Below are positions 42,834-52,145 of a stretch of DNA of 64,000 nt, in pieces (within the stretch, counting starts at the first letter, position 1; every line of letters begins with the position of its first letter). Below the pieces are notes generated by a model, which did not search any database, was not told the origin of the DNA, and worked only from the letters and a program-made list of their open reading frames with translations. The position numbers were made by a program, and so were the translations under genes. The stretch is from an uncultured delta proteobacterium (lineage in GTDB: Bacteria; Myxococcota_A; UBA9160; UBA4427), in contig CAWGJT010000013.1 in the NCBI GenBank assembly GCA_963822965.1, forward strand, positions 221,531 to 285,530, written 5' to 3'.

Positions 42834-43607
42834 TCAGGAAGCGCTTCGGGCGACGCGGACGCCGTCCTCGCTCCGCCGCGAGGGCAGGGCGGGGATGAAC
42901 TTCGGCGTTCGCTCCCGGTACTCCCGGTAGTCGTCGCCGAGATGCGCGCCCAGGTCGCGCTCCTCCAAGACGATGGCGACGAGGATGTAGGCCGTGGTCA
43001 CGCCGGCCATCAGCAGGTGGCCGACCGTCAGGTCGGGCGTGGCCCAGAAGGTGACGAACCAGCCCACGTAGAGCGGGTGCCGGATGTGGCGGTAGAGCGA
43101 CGGCGTGACGAACCGCTTCTCCTCGTAGGGGCGTCCCCGGAAGTGGAGGACGACCTGGCGCAGGCCGAAGAGATCGAAGTGGTCGATCAGGAACGTCGAG
43201 TAGAGCACCAGCGAGACGCCGCCCAGGAAGAGCAGCTCCACCGCGGTGCGCGCCACCGAATCCTCCACGCGGAAGACGACGGAGGGCAGCGGCTGCCAGG
43301 CCCAGAAGAGCAGGATCATGACCGCGCTGCTCGCGAGCACGTAGGTGCTGCGTTCGACGGGCTGGGGGACGAACCGGGTCCACCAGCGCTTGAAGGCGGG
43401 CCGCGCCATCACGCTGTGCTGCAACGCGAAGAGCGTGAGGAGCAGCAGATTGACGGAGACGGCCTGGAGCCAGCCCGTCTCGATCCCCGAGTCGATGGTC
43501 TTGGGAACGAGCGACGAGTTGCCGAGGAAACCCACCGCGTAGAGAAAGGTGCCGAAGAAGATCGCGTAGCAGACGGTGCCGTAGAGCAGGGCGACGAAGC
43601 GGTTCAT
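42834..43607 (-). CDS. mddA: Methanethiol S-methyltransferase MddA
   Basis: FLYAVGF, PKTIDSG, QHSVMARPAFKRWW, ERSTYVL, DHFDLFGLRQV, RHPLY, WATP, LEERDL; GGAGG SD. Confidence 0.85.
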   Translation of the reverse strand: MNRFVALLYGTVCYAIFFGTFLYAVGFLGNSSLVPKTIDSGIETGWLQAVSVNLLLLTLFALQHSVMARPAFKRWWTRFVPQPVERSTYVLASSAVMILLFWAWQPLPSVVFRVEDSVARTAVELLFLGGVSLVLYSTFLIDHFDLFGLRQVVLHFRGRPYEEKRFVTPSLYRHIRHPLYVGWFVTFWATPDLTVGHLLMAGVTTAYILVAIVLEERDLGAHLGDDYREYRERTPKFIPALPSRRSEDGVRVARSAS

Positions 43608-43764
43608 GACGTGGACCTCCCGTGGTTGGAGTCGATGACCGACGGGAACATCGCCAGCGGGGCCGGCGACCGCGTTACCGCTCGCTTACCGATTCCCTAC
43701 CATCGCCAGTGAACCGAAAAACCCTTCGAATCCGGGGCGTTGTCGGGTCGAGATCGGCGGGCGG

Positions 43765-44382
43765 TCAGGTGGACGACCCGATCTCGTCCTCGCGCGGATC
43801 GCTGCTGTGGCGTCCGGCGAACCAGTGGCCGCCGGCGTCCCGGGTGAGCTGGACCATGCCGGCCAGCGCCGGCAGGTCGTCGGGCAGCTCCTCACCCACC
43901 ACCCGGCGCGCGACGGCCCGGGCCACGGCCTTGTGGGCGACGATCAGCGCGCCGGATCGCCCGCTCTCGAGCAGCCCCTCCACCACGCGATCCACCCGGG
44001 CCTGCAGGTGCGCGCGGCGCTCGCCGCCCGGGAACTCGAAGCCGGCGCGCTTCGAGCGCCAGTCCTCGAAGAGGACCGGGTCCCGGGCGCGGATCTCCTC
44101 CGCGGTGAGCCCCTCCCAGCGACCGAAGTCGATCTCGCGGAGCTCGTCCAGCAGCCGGATCGAGGCGTGCGGCGCCAGCAGCCGTGCCGACTGCCAGGCG
44201 CGCATCAGCGGGCTCGAGAGCACCAGGGGCGGGACGTCGCTCGGCAGCCGGAGCGCGAGACGGCGCATCTGCTCCCGGCCGTGCTCCGAGAGCGGAACGT
44301 CCGTCGAACCGTAGTAGCGAATGCTCGATTGACCGACCGTCTCGCCGTGCCGCACGAGAAGGATGCGGTTGAGGGCCGTCAT
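43765..44382 (-). CDS. Histidine phosphatase (phosphoglycerate mutase / CobC-like)
   Basis: LLVRHGET, SSPLMRAWQSA, LREIDFGRWEG, FPGGE, IVAH. Confidence 0.9.
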   Translation of the reverse strand: MTALNRILLVRHGETVGQSSIRYYGSTDVPLSEHGREQMRRLALRLPSDVPPLVLSSPLMRAWQSARLLAPHASIRLLDELREIDFGRWEGLTAEEIRARDPVLFEDWRSKRAGFEFPGGERRAHLQARVDRVVEGLLESGRSGALIVAHKAVARAVARRVVGEELPDDLPALAGMVQLTRDAGGHWFAGRHSSDPREDEIGSST

Positions 44383-44459
44383 CGCAGCGGAGCATGGGCG
44401 ACGGGCCACGAGCCGTCAACGCGATAGACTCGACCGGACTGCCCCCCGGCGGAGGTGTC

Positions 44460-45818
44460 GTGACCGTAAGATTCTGGCTGCTCGTCATACTCCTCGCCGC
44501 CGTCGTGGGCGGCGCGGTGCTTCTCTTTCCCCGCCTGGAGGGCACGCCGCCCCGGATCGGGGAGCTGACGGCGCTCGAGCTGGGCCGCGAGCCCCGCCCC
44601 CTGGTGGTGGAGGTCTCGGACGAAGGCTCCGGTCTCCGTACGGTGGCGCTCCGGGTGCTCTCGTCGAGCGGGTCGAAGACCCTGATGGAGCGGAGCTTTC
44701 CCGGCGACTTCACGTCCGGCGGCCGAACCCGCAACGAGACCCTGGAGGTGAGCCTCGACGCCGAGAGCCTGGGACTCCCGGACGGCGAGGCGACCCTGGT
44801 CGTGACGGCCCGGGACTGGTCCCTGCGCGACGGCCTGGACGGAAACGCCAGCGAGGAGAGCGTCCCGCTCACCATCGACACGGTGCCCCCGAAGCTCACG
44901 GTGGAGAGCGGGCTCACCTACGTGTACCGCGGCGGCTCGGGGGCCGTGGTGTACCGGGTCGACGGAGACACGGCGACGCACGGCGTGCGCGTGGGAGACG
45001 CCTTCTTCGCCGGCCAGCCCCTGCCCGACGGCAAGGGCGGCCCGGGCGAGAGCGTCGCGATCTTCGCCATTCCCGTGGAGTCGCCCGCCGACTCCGACGT
45101 GAAGGTCGTGGCGCGGGATGCCGCGGGCAACGAGGCCGCCGCCGGCTTCGCGGTGCGCATCTTCGATCGCCAGTGGGGCGAGAGCCCGATCACCCTCTCC
45201 CAGAGCTTCCTGGAGAACACGGTGCGCCCGCTCGCCGAGGCCAACGGCCTGGCGGGGCGCGACCTCGTCGAATCCTTCCAGCACGTGAACGAAGAGCTGC
45301 GGGCGCGCAACGAGGAGCGCATCCGAACCATCGTGGCCGACAGCTCTCCCACCCGCTACTGGAAGGGGGGCTTCGAGCAGCTGAAGAACTCCAAGGTGAC
45401 GAGCCGCTTCGCCGAGCGGCGCACCTACTCGTTCGAGGGACGCCCCGTCTCGAAGGCCATCCACTATGGCTTCGACCTCGCGAGCACCGGGGGAGCCCCG
45501 GTCACGTCGTCGAACGACGGGGTGGTGGCCTTCGCCGACGACCTGGGCATCTACGGCAACTGCGTCATCATCGACCACGGCCTCGGCATACACTCCCTCT
45601 ACGGACATCTCGCCCAGATCGACGTCGCCGCGGGACAGCAGGTGACGAAGGGGCAGACCCTGGGCCGCTCGGGTGCCACGGGGCTCGCAGGCGGCGACCA
45701 CCTGCACTTCGCCATCCTCGTGGGAGGCGAGTACGTCGACCCGTTGGAGTGGTGGGACCCGAAGTGGGTACGCAGTCACATCGAGTGGAGGCTCGCCCCG
45801 GAGCCGCCCACGGAATGA
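44460..45818 (+). CDS. M23-family metallopeptidase
   Basis: N-terminal TM, HYGFD, YGNCVIIDHG, SLYGHL, TGLAGGDHLHF; GGAGGT SD. Confidence 0.9.
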   Translation: MTVRFWLLVILLAAVVGGAVLLFPRLEGTPPRIGELTALELGREPRPLVVEVSDEGSGLRTVALRVLSSSGSKTLMERSFPGDFTSGGRTRNETLEVSLDAESLGLPDGEATLVVTARDWSLRDGLDGNASEESVPLTIDTVPPKLTVESGLTYVYRGGSGAVVYRVDGDTATHGVRVGDAFFAGQPLPDGKGGPGESVAIFAIPVESPADSDVKVVARDAAGNEAAAGFAVRIFDRQWGESPITLSQSFLENTVRPLAEANGLAGRDLVESFQHVNEELRARNEERIRTIVADSSPTRYWKGGFEQLKNSKVTSRFAERRTYSFEGRPVSKAIHYGFDLASTGGAPVTSSNDGVVAFADDLGIYGNCVIIDHGLGIHSLYGHLAQIDVAAGQQVTKGQTLGRSGATGLAGGDHLHFAILVGGEYVDPLEWWDPKWVRSHIEWRLAPEPPTE

Positions 45819-46591
45819 GCCGGCCGGGGCGGGCCGCCGCACGGCCGCCGGGCGTGAGCGTCGCGGTCGGCGCCGGCGTGTCCGGGCGACTGCTGCGCCG
45901 GTACAAGCGCTTCCTCGCGGACGTCGAGCGACCCGACGGATCGCGCGTGACCGTCCACTGCCCGAATCCGGGATCGATGCTGGGCTTGCAGACGCCCGGC
46001 GCGAGCGTCCGCTGCACCACGAGCGACGACCCCCGGCGAAAGCTGCGTCACACCCTGGAGATGATCCGGGTGGGGCGGGTCTGGGTGGGCCTCCACACCC
46101 TACGGGCGAACCAGCTCGCTGCCCGCGCCCTGACGTGTGGCGCCGTCGACGGACTCGACGGCTACGCCCGGGTGCAGCACGAGGTCGCCGCGGGCGAGGG
46201 ATCGCGGCTCGACTTCCACCTCTCGGGTCATCCCGACGATCCGCGCCCGGCCTGGGTGGAGGTGAAGAGCGTGACCCTGCACGGCGACGCGCTGGAGCGA
46301 CGCCGCCCGGGCGAGCCCGCGGCCGCGCTCTTCCCGGACGCCGTCAGCAGCCGCGGACGGCGCCACATGCAGGCGCTCGCGAGGCTTCGCCGCGACGGCG
46401 CCCGCGCCGTGGTGCTCTTCGTCGTGCAGCGGGCCGATTGCAGCGAGGTGCGGCCCGCGGACGCCATCGACCCCGCCTACGGTGAGGCGCTGCGGGAAGC
46501 CGTCCGGTCGGGCGTCGAGGTGCTGGCGCTGCAGGCCCGGGTGACCGCGCGGCGCATCGCCATGGAGCGCATGCTCCCGGTCGTCCTCTGA
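45815..46591 (+). CDS. sfsA: DNA/RNA nuclease SfsA
   Basis: RYKRFLADV, HCPNPGSM, SRLDF, VEVKSVTL, FPDAVSSRGRRH, IDPAY; ATGA overlap. Confidence 0.93.
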   Translation: MSRPGRAAARPPGVSVAVGAGVSGRLLRRYKRFLADVERPDGSRVTVHCPNPGSMLGLQTPGASVRCTTSDDPRRKLRHTLEMIRVGRVWVGLHTLRANQLAARALTCGAVDGLDGYARVQHEVAAGEGSRLDFHLSGHPDDPRPAWVEVKSVTLHGDALERRRPGEPAAALFPDAVSSRGRRHMQALARLRRDGARAVVLFVVQRADCSEVRPADAIDPAYGEALREAVRSGVEVLALQARVTARRIAMERMLPVVL

Positions 46592-47692
46592 ATGGCGGCA
46601 CGGAGCCCGGGAGCGACGCCGCGACTCTCCGGGAACCGGGCCCGAGGCACCCGTTCGCGCCTGCTCGCCTGGTACGACGCGAACCGGCGCGACCTCCCCT
46701 GGCGCCGCAGCCGGGATCCCTACGCGATCTGGATCTCCGAGACGATGCTGCAGCAGACGCGGGTCGAGACCGTGATTCCCTACTACGAGCGATTCCTCGC
46801 CCGTTTCCCGGACGTCCACGCGCTGGCCGACGCCGACCAGGAGCAGGTGTACGGCTGTTGGGCGGGGCTCGGCTACTACTCGCGCGCCCGCAACCTGCAC
46901 GCCGCGGCCCGGGCCGTGGTGGAGCGCTTCGGCGGGGCGCTGCCCGAGGAGGCCGACGCGCTGCGAACCCTGCCCGGCATCGGTCGCTACACCGCGGGCG
47001 CCGTCGCCTCCATCGCCTTCGACCGGCCCGAGCCCATCGTCGACGGCAACGTGAAGCGGGTGCTGGCACGCCTCCAGGGCATCCGCGCGGACGTGGACGA
47101 CAAGGACGTCGCCGAAGGTCTGTGGCGCGACGCAGCCACCCTCGCCCGGGGCGAACGACCGGGTGATCTCAACCAGGCCCTGATGGAGCTCGGCGCCCTG
47201 GTGTGCACGCCGCGTGCCCCGAACTGCTCAGCCTGCCCGCTCCGGCGCCGCTGCAACGCGCAGCGCGTGGGCGACGCCGCCCTGCTGCCCGTGAAGGCTG
47301 CGCGCACCCGGGTCCGCAGCGTCGAGGGCGTCGCGGTGTGGCTCGAGCGACGCGGTCGGGTGCTGGCGGTGAAGCGCGAGGCGGGAGGGCTTCTGGGCGG
47401 CCTCTGGGAGCTGCCGGGAGGCGACCTGTCCGCGGGCGAGAGGCCCGTGGCGGGAGCCCGTCGCCTGCTCGCCGAGCGCCTCGGCCTCGAGGCGGAGTGC
47501 CTCGCGAAGGCGGGACGGGTGGTGCACGGCTTCACCCACCGGGAGCTCACCCTGCACGTGCTGCGGGGCGAGGCGGGACCGGGACGACTGCGGCGCCGGG
47601 GCTTCGCCGAGCATCGCTGGCTGGCTCCCGACGCGCTGCGCGCGCTGCCGAGCGCGACGGTCACCCGCAAGGCGCTGGCGGTGCTGGGGTGA
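46592..47692 (+). CDS. mutY: A/G-specific adenine glycosylase MutY
   Basis: RDLPWR, SETMLQQTRV, GLGYYSRARNL, LPGIGRYTA, VDGNV, CTPRAPNCSACPLRRRC 4Fe-4S motif, NUDIX-like C-terminus. Confidence 0.96.
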   Translation: MAARSPGATPRLSGNRARGTRSRLLAWYDANRRDLPWRRSRDPYAIWISETMLQQTRVETVIPYYERFLARFPDVHALADADQEQVYGCWAGLGYYSRARNLHAAARAVVERFGGALPEEADALRTLPGIGRYTAGAVASIAFDRPEPIVDGNVKRVLARLQGIRADVDDKDVAEGLWRDAATLARGERPGDLNQALMELGALVCTPRAPNCSACPLRRRCNAQRVGDAALLPVKAARTRVRSVEGVAVWLERRGRVLAVKREAGGLLGGLWELPGGDLSAGERPVAGARRLLAERLGLEAECLAKAGRVVHGFTHRELTLHVLRGEAGPGRLRRRGFAEHRWLAPDALRALPSATVTRKALAVLG

Positions 47693-48207
47693 GCCCCGGT
47701 CGCTCCGGCGGCGACGACCGGGAGCCGGGCTCGTTCGGAGACGCGATCTCCGGCGTGAAGCCCCTGGCCGATCGCGACCGGCGCACGACGCGACCGACCG
47801 GAGCCCGCGCGCCCGAACGGCCGGCGCCCGCCCGCTTCCACCGGCCCGACCCCGCCGAGGCCGGGCTCGGCGGGGCCTCGGGCGTGCAGACGAGCCAGCT
47901 CCGGCGCCTGCGAGCGGGGCGCATCCGGCCCGAGCGCAGCATCGACCTGCACGGGCTGCGCGCGCAGCCGGCGCGACGAAGGCTCCACGCCGAGCTGGCC
48001 AGCGCCTTCGAGGAGGGGGCTCGCTGCGTGCTGGTGGTGCACGGCCGGGGGCTCCACTCGAAGCAGGCCGCCGTCCTGCGCGACGCGCTGCCCGGGTGGC
48101 TCGCGGATCCAGCGCTCGAGGGCCGGGTGCTGGCCTTCGCGCCGGCTCGTCCCGCCGACGGCGGCGCCGGCGCGAGCTACGTGCTCCTGCGTCGCGCCCG
48201 AGGCTGA
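47689..48207 (+). CDS. Stand-alone Smr/MutS2-domain endonuclease
   Basis: GVKPL, LRRLRAG, IDLHG, VVHGRGLHS, GGAGASYVLLR; GTGA overlap with mutY. Confidence 0.9.
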   Translation: MSPGRSGGDDREPGSFGDAISGVKPLADRDRRTTRPTGARAPERPAPARFHRPDPAEAGLGGASGVQTSQLRRLRAGRIRPERSIDLHGLRAQPARRRLHAELASAFEEGARCVLVVHGRGLHSKQAAVLRDALPGWLADPALEGRVLAFAPARPADGGAGASYVLLRRARG

Positions 48208-48288
48208 GAGCGAGACACCGGACACGATCGACTCCCCGGACACATTGTCCGGTTGCCAGCCCCGCCGGCGACGAGCGACGCTGCCGGC

Positions 48289-48768
48289 ATGACGATCTGG
48301 CGCCGCGACGGCTACGAGGTCGACACCGAACGGACGCGACTCGACCGCCTGCTCGTCCGGGACTTCCTCGCGCGCTCGTACTGGGCGGCGGACGTGCCCC
48401 AGCGCGTGGTCGACGCGAGCTGCGAAGGGTCGCGCTGCTTCGGCCTCTACGCGGGTCCCGAACGGGAAGCGGCGCAGGTGGGCTTCGCTCGGGTCGTCAC
48501 CGACTACGCCACCTTCGGCTACCTGGCGGACGTGTTCGTCGTCGAGCCCCACCGCGGACGAGGCCTCTCGAAGTGGCTCGTGCGGTGCGTGCTCGAGGAC
48601 CCGGCACTGCAGGGCTTCCGCCGCTGGCTGCTCGCCACCCGGGACGCGCACGGGCTCTACGAGCGTTTCGGCTTCCGGCCCCTCGCTGCGCCCGGGAAGT
48701 TCATGGAGATCGCGCGACCCGACCTCTACACCCGGGCGGCCGCCGGGTCAGCCCGGCACCAGGGGTGA
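48289..48768 (+). CDS. GNAT N-acetyltransferase
   Basis: SYWA, QVGFARVVTDYATFGYLADVFV, RGRGLSK, LATRDAHGLYERFGF. Confidence 0.92.
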   Translation: MTIWRRDGYEVDTERTRLDRLLVRDFLARSYWAADVPQRVVDASCEGSRCFGLYAGPEREAAQVGFARVVTDYATFGYLADVFVVEPHRGRGLSKWLVRCVLEDPALQGFRRWLLATRDAHGLYERFGFRPLAAPGKFMEIARPDLYTRAAAGSARHQG

Positions 48769-49446
48769 CTCGGCGGTGGGCACCAGGTCGTCGATGAAAT
48801 CCAGGTGCTCGGGCTCGGCCCGGGCGCCGTCCACGAACTCCTGCACCGAGGCGAGCCCGCACACGGAATCGACGAAGCCCTGGCTCTCTTCGCCCACCGG
48901 GATGCCGTAGGTCACGAAGCGAAGGGCGACGGGTGCGTACACGACGTCCGCGATGCTCATCTCGCCGAAGAGCCACGGCCCCTCTTCACCGTGCTCCCGG
49001 CGCGCCGTGGTCCACATCTCGTCGATGCGGGCGATCTGCGCCCGGCAGCTCTCGCTCAGGCTCGAGAGCTGCCGCGGCCGACGCACCCGCAGGTTCTGGG
49101 GAAGCTCGTCGCGCACCGCCAGGAAGCCCGCGTGCATCTCGGCCGAGATGGAGCGCGCCATGGCCCGCGCCGTCGCGTCCGTGGGCCAGCCGAGGGCCTC
49201 GGGAAAGCGCTCGCGCACGTGCTCGATGATCGCCATCGAGTCCCACACGTGGACGTCGTCGTCGACGAGAACCGGAACCCGACCCGCCGGCGTGTACTGC
49301 CGCAGCTGGTCGCGGAAGCCGTCGCGGAAGAGCGCGATCCGGACCTCCTCGAAGGGGATCCGGCTCTCCCGCAGATGGAGCCACGGGCGCAGGGACCAGG
49401 ACGAGTAGTTCTTGTTTCCGATCACGAGCTTGAGCGTCACCGTCAC
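48748..49446 (-). CDS. Glutathione S-transferase family protein
   Basis: IGNKNYSSWSLRPWL, GRVPVL, VWDSMAI, SAEMHAGF, SIADVVYAPV. Confidence 0.93.
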   Translation of the reverse strand: MTVTLKLVIGNKNYSSWSLRPWLHLRESRIPFEEVRIALFRDGFRDQLRQYTPAGRVPVLVDDDVHVWDSMAIIEHVRERFPEALGWPTDATARAMARSISAEMHAGFLAVRDELPQNLRVRRPRQLSSLSESCRAQIARIDEMWTTARREHGEEGPWLFGEMSIADVVYAPVALRFVTYGIPVGEESQGFVDSVCGLASVQEFVDGARAEPEHLDFIDDLVPTAESPLVPG

Positions 49447-49982
49447 ACCTCGTCGAATTCGGGCCGATAGCGAACCTCGCCCGTGAAGCCGCCGAGCGTA
49501 CCCGCGACGAGCTCGGCGACGAAGAATCCCGGATCGAAGCGCTCGTCGCGGTAGTAGAGACCGTGGGGTCGCGCCGGCTCGAAGCCGAAGCGCGGATAAT
49601 AGTGCGGGTGGCCGAGCACGAAGACCACCGGTGCGCCGATCTCGATGCAGACCTCGAGACCGCGACGGCAGAGGCGCTCTCCCACGCCCCGGCCCTGGCA
49701 GCGGGGATCGACGGAGACCGGGCCGAGGGCGAGCGCCGGGCGGTCGTCCTCGCCCACCCGGACCGGCGAGAAGTACACGTGCCCGACGAGCGACTCGGAG
49801 CCGTCCGCCCCGGGACGGACCGCCACCAGGGACACCTCGGGCCGCACCCGCCCGCGCAGGCGCTCCACGAGACGGGCCTCCGCGTCGCGCCCGAAGGCGG
49901 CGGCGACGATCTCGGAGACCCGCGCGAGATCCGCAGGCCGCTCGGGCCGGAGGACGACCTCGAACGCGGCCGTCGCCCTCAC
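49443..49982 (-). CDS. GNAT N-acetyltransferase (YhbS-like)
   Basis: AFGRDAEARLVERLR, VGHVYFSPV, LGPVSV, QGRGVG, VLGHPHYYPRFGF, YRPEF. Confidence 0.88.
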   Translation of the reverse strand: MRATAAFEVVLRPERPADLARVSEIVAAAFGRDAEARLVERLRGRVRPEVSLVAVRPGADGSESLVGHVYFSPVRVGEDDRPALALGPVSVDPRCQGRGVGERLCRRGLEVCIEIGAPVVFVLGHPHYYPRFGFEPARPHGLYYRDERFDPGFFVAELVAGTLGGFTGEVRYRPEFDEV

Positions 49983-50614
49983 GGGACCACCTGCTCCCGA
50001 GCCGGGGGGGGCGCCGCCGACAGGATCCGGAGCGAGCCCATCAGCCGTTCGAGCTCGTCCCGGCGCTCGTCTCCGTCCTCGTGCATGCGCACCTGGCCCA
50101 CCAGCAGCCAGGCCGTGCGACCGTCCACCACCGTCTGGATGACGAAGCAGTTGTCGCGGGAGCGCACCTCCCGGTCGAAGCTGCCGCAGTAGACGCCGAG
50201 CCGGCCGGCAAGGGCCCCGTCCGGGCCTGCGACGGCCACGTCCCGCTCCTCGCGTTCGCTGGCCAGCATGAGCGCGTCCGCCCTCGTGCGCGCCGCCGCG
50301 AGGGCGAGGTCGGCGGTGGGATAGCGGTCCGCCACCACCGAGACGTTGAGCCAGGCGTCGCCACTCTTGCGGACCAGCGCGAGATCGATGCGACCCCTCT
50401 CTTCGTCGGCCGGGTTCCGCGCCCAGGCGTCCGTGGGGACGGTCAGCTCGTAGCCACCGCTCGGTCCGGTCAGCCCGGTCCCCGCCGGAAGCGCGTCGAG
50501 CGAAGCCAGCCGCAGGCTCGCGCAAGCGCTCGTGCAGGCGCTCGTCCCGACCGCCGCGAAGAGCGCCGCCAGCACGACGAGCCGCACGCCGCGCGGCCGG
50601 GATCCCCGGATCAC
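49979..50614 (-). CDS. Hypothetical lipoprotein
   Basis: Signal RGVRLVVLAALFAAVGTSAC; GTGA overlaps with both neighbours. Confidence 0.65.
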   Translation of the reverse strand: MIRGSRPRGVRLVVLAALFAAVGTSACTSACASLRLASLDALPAGTGLTGPSGGYELTVPTDAWARNPADEERGRIDLALVRKSGDAWLNVSVVADRYPTADLALAAARTRADALMLASEREERDVAVAGPDGALAGRLGVYCGSFDREVRSRDNCFVIQTVVDGRTAWLLVGQVRMHEDGDERRDELERLMGSLRILSAAPPPAREQVVP

Positions 50615-51147
50615 GGGAAGGGCCTCCGCAGGCGGGTGCGGTGCGCCGGGATGCCGTCGGCCGCGGCGGTCGCCGAGACCTCGTCCGCCGGGTGCAGGGG
50701 GCCGGCCCCGATGCCGGGGCAGTCGCGCGATTCGGCCTCCCAGGCCTCCCGGGAGTGGACGATCCCGCTCCAGAGCGGGTAGGTGCGGCACTGACGCGGG
50801 CGGCGGTCGTACACCGTGCAGCCCCGGGCCGGGTCGAAGAAGACGCAGTCCTGGTTGCTCTTCTCGCGCAGCACGGTTCCCGCGCGGGCCGCGGGCCGGT
50901 CGCCGCCGGCAGCGCCCCGGGTGCCGCCGCTGCCTCCGATGCCGCCGGCTGCGCTCCGGATGCCGCCGGCTGCGCTCCGGATGTAGACGGCTCGGAAGGA
51001 CGGCTCGTCCATCTCCAGGAATGCCGCCAGGACCGCGACCTCGCCGTCGTCCAGCCACACGTTGCCGGCACCCCGACAGCAGTTGCCGCAGCGCGTGCAG
51101 CCGAAGCGGAGACCCTCGCGGTACCACGCGTCCGCAGATGCGTCCAA
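50611..51147 (-). CDS. YkgJ-family CxxCxxCC cysteine-cluster (Zn/Fe-S) protein
   Basis: WYREGLRFGCTRCGNCC, DCVFFD, CTVYDRRPRQCRTYPLW, CPGIG; TTG start after GGAGGAG. Confidence 0.9.
   Translation of the reverse strand: MDASADAWYREGLRFGCTRCGNCCRGAGNVWLDDGEVAVLAAFLEMDEPSFRAVYIRSAAGGIRSAAGGIGGSGGTRGAAGGDRPAARAGTVLREKSNQDCVFFDPARGCTVYDRRPRQCRTYPLWSGIVHSREAWEAESRDCPGIGAGPLHPADEVSATAAADGIPAHRTRLRRPFP
50938..50983. repeat. 21-bp in-frame tandem repeat (about 2.2 copies) inside the YkgJ gene
   Basis: GATGCCGCCGGCTGCGCTCCG x2 + GATG, encoding IRSAAGG x2. Confidence 0.9.
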
Positions 51148-51221
51148 GCCCGGCTCCTCCGGCCCGACGGGTTCCAGCAGCGTGCGGTAGCCTACCGCGT
51201 CCCATCCCGAACGGAGCCCCG

Positions 51222-52073
51222 GTGACGCCCGAGTCCCACATCCGCCTGCTCGCCCTGGACGTCGACGGCACCCTGGCGATGCGGGGCGACGAGGTGAGCC
51301 CGGGCACCCGGGACGCACTCCATCGCGCGGTGGGAGCGGGTCTCCACGTGGCCATCGCCACCGGGCGTCGCTACCGCACCACCCTGCGCGTCGTCGAGGC
51401 CCTGGGGATTCCCACCGACGCCGTCTGCCTGGGCGGTGCCCTCGTGAAGGGCGGCGACGGCCGCACCCTGCACGCCCGGCGCTTCGAAGCCGGGGAGTTC
51501 GACAGCATCCACGAGCTGGCCCGAGCGCATGGCCAAGCCATCGTCTGCCAGCGCGACTCCGCGGAGCATGGCGGAGCCGACTTCGTGATCGACGCCGACG
51601 TGGAGTGGAACGCCTCGACCCGCACCTACGTGGATCGGAACCGGGACTTCGCCGGCCGGGGCCAGGGCTTCGGGATCGCCAGCTGCCCCGACGCGTTGGT
51701 GATCGGCGCCTTCGGGGACGAGGGCGAGCTGCGCGGCTGGTACGCCGCCATCGAGTCCGTCCATCCCGGCCGCTTCCTGCCGAACCTGGTGCCTGCGGGC
51801 CTCGGGGACGCGTGGTACCTGGAACTGACCCCGGGTGACGTCTCGAAGTGGAGCGGGCTGTGCGCGCTCGCTCGGCTCCTCGACCTGCCCGCGGAGTCGA
51901 TCTGCGCCGTGGGCGACCAGACCAACGACCTGCCCATGCTGCGCGAGGCCGGCATGGCGGTCGCCATGGGCAACGCCGTCGACGCGGTCAAGCAGACCGC
52001 GCACTGGGTGACTGCGAGCTGCGAGGAGGACGGCCTGGTGGCCGTCGTGGACCGCCTGCTCGCCAACCGCTGA
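51222..52073 (+). CDS. Cof-type HAD-superfamily hydrolase
   Basis: LALDVDGTL, IATGR, SKWSG, AVGDQTNDLPML, VAMGNA. Confidence 0.92.
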   Translation: MTPESHIRLLALDVDGTLAMRGDEVSPGTRDALHRAVGAGLHVAIATGRRYRTTLRVVEALGIPTDAVCLGGALVKGGDGRTLHARRFEAGEFDSIHELARAHGQAIVCQRDSAEHGGADFVIDADVEWNASTRTYVDRNRDFAGRGQGFGIASCPDALVIGAFGDEGELRGWYAAIESVHPGRFLPNLVPAGLGDAWYLELTPGDVSKWSGLCALARLLDLPAESICAVGDQTNDLPMLREAGMAVAMGNAVDAVKQTAHWVTASCEEDGLVAVVDRLLANR

Positions 52074-52145
52074 CCCGCCTCCGGATCGCGCGACCGACGC
52101 CCTGGCCCGCGCCGCTTTCGCGCGGCTATCCTGCCGGCCTCCCCG

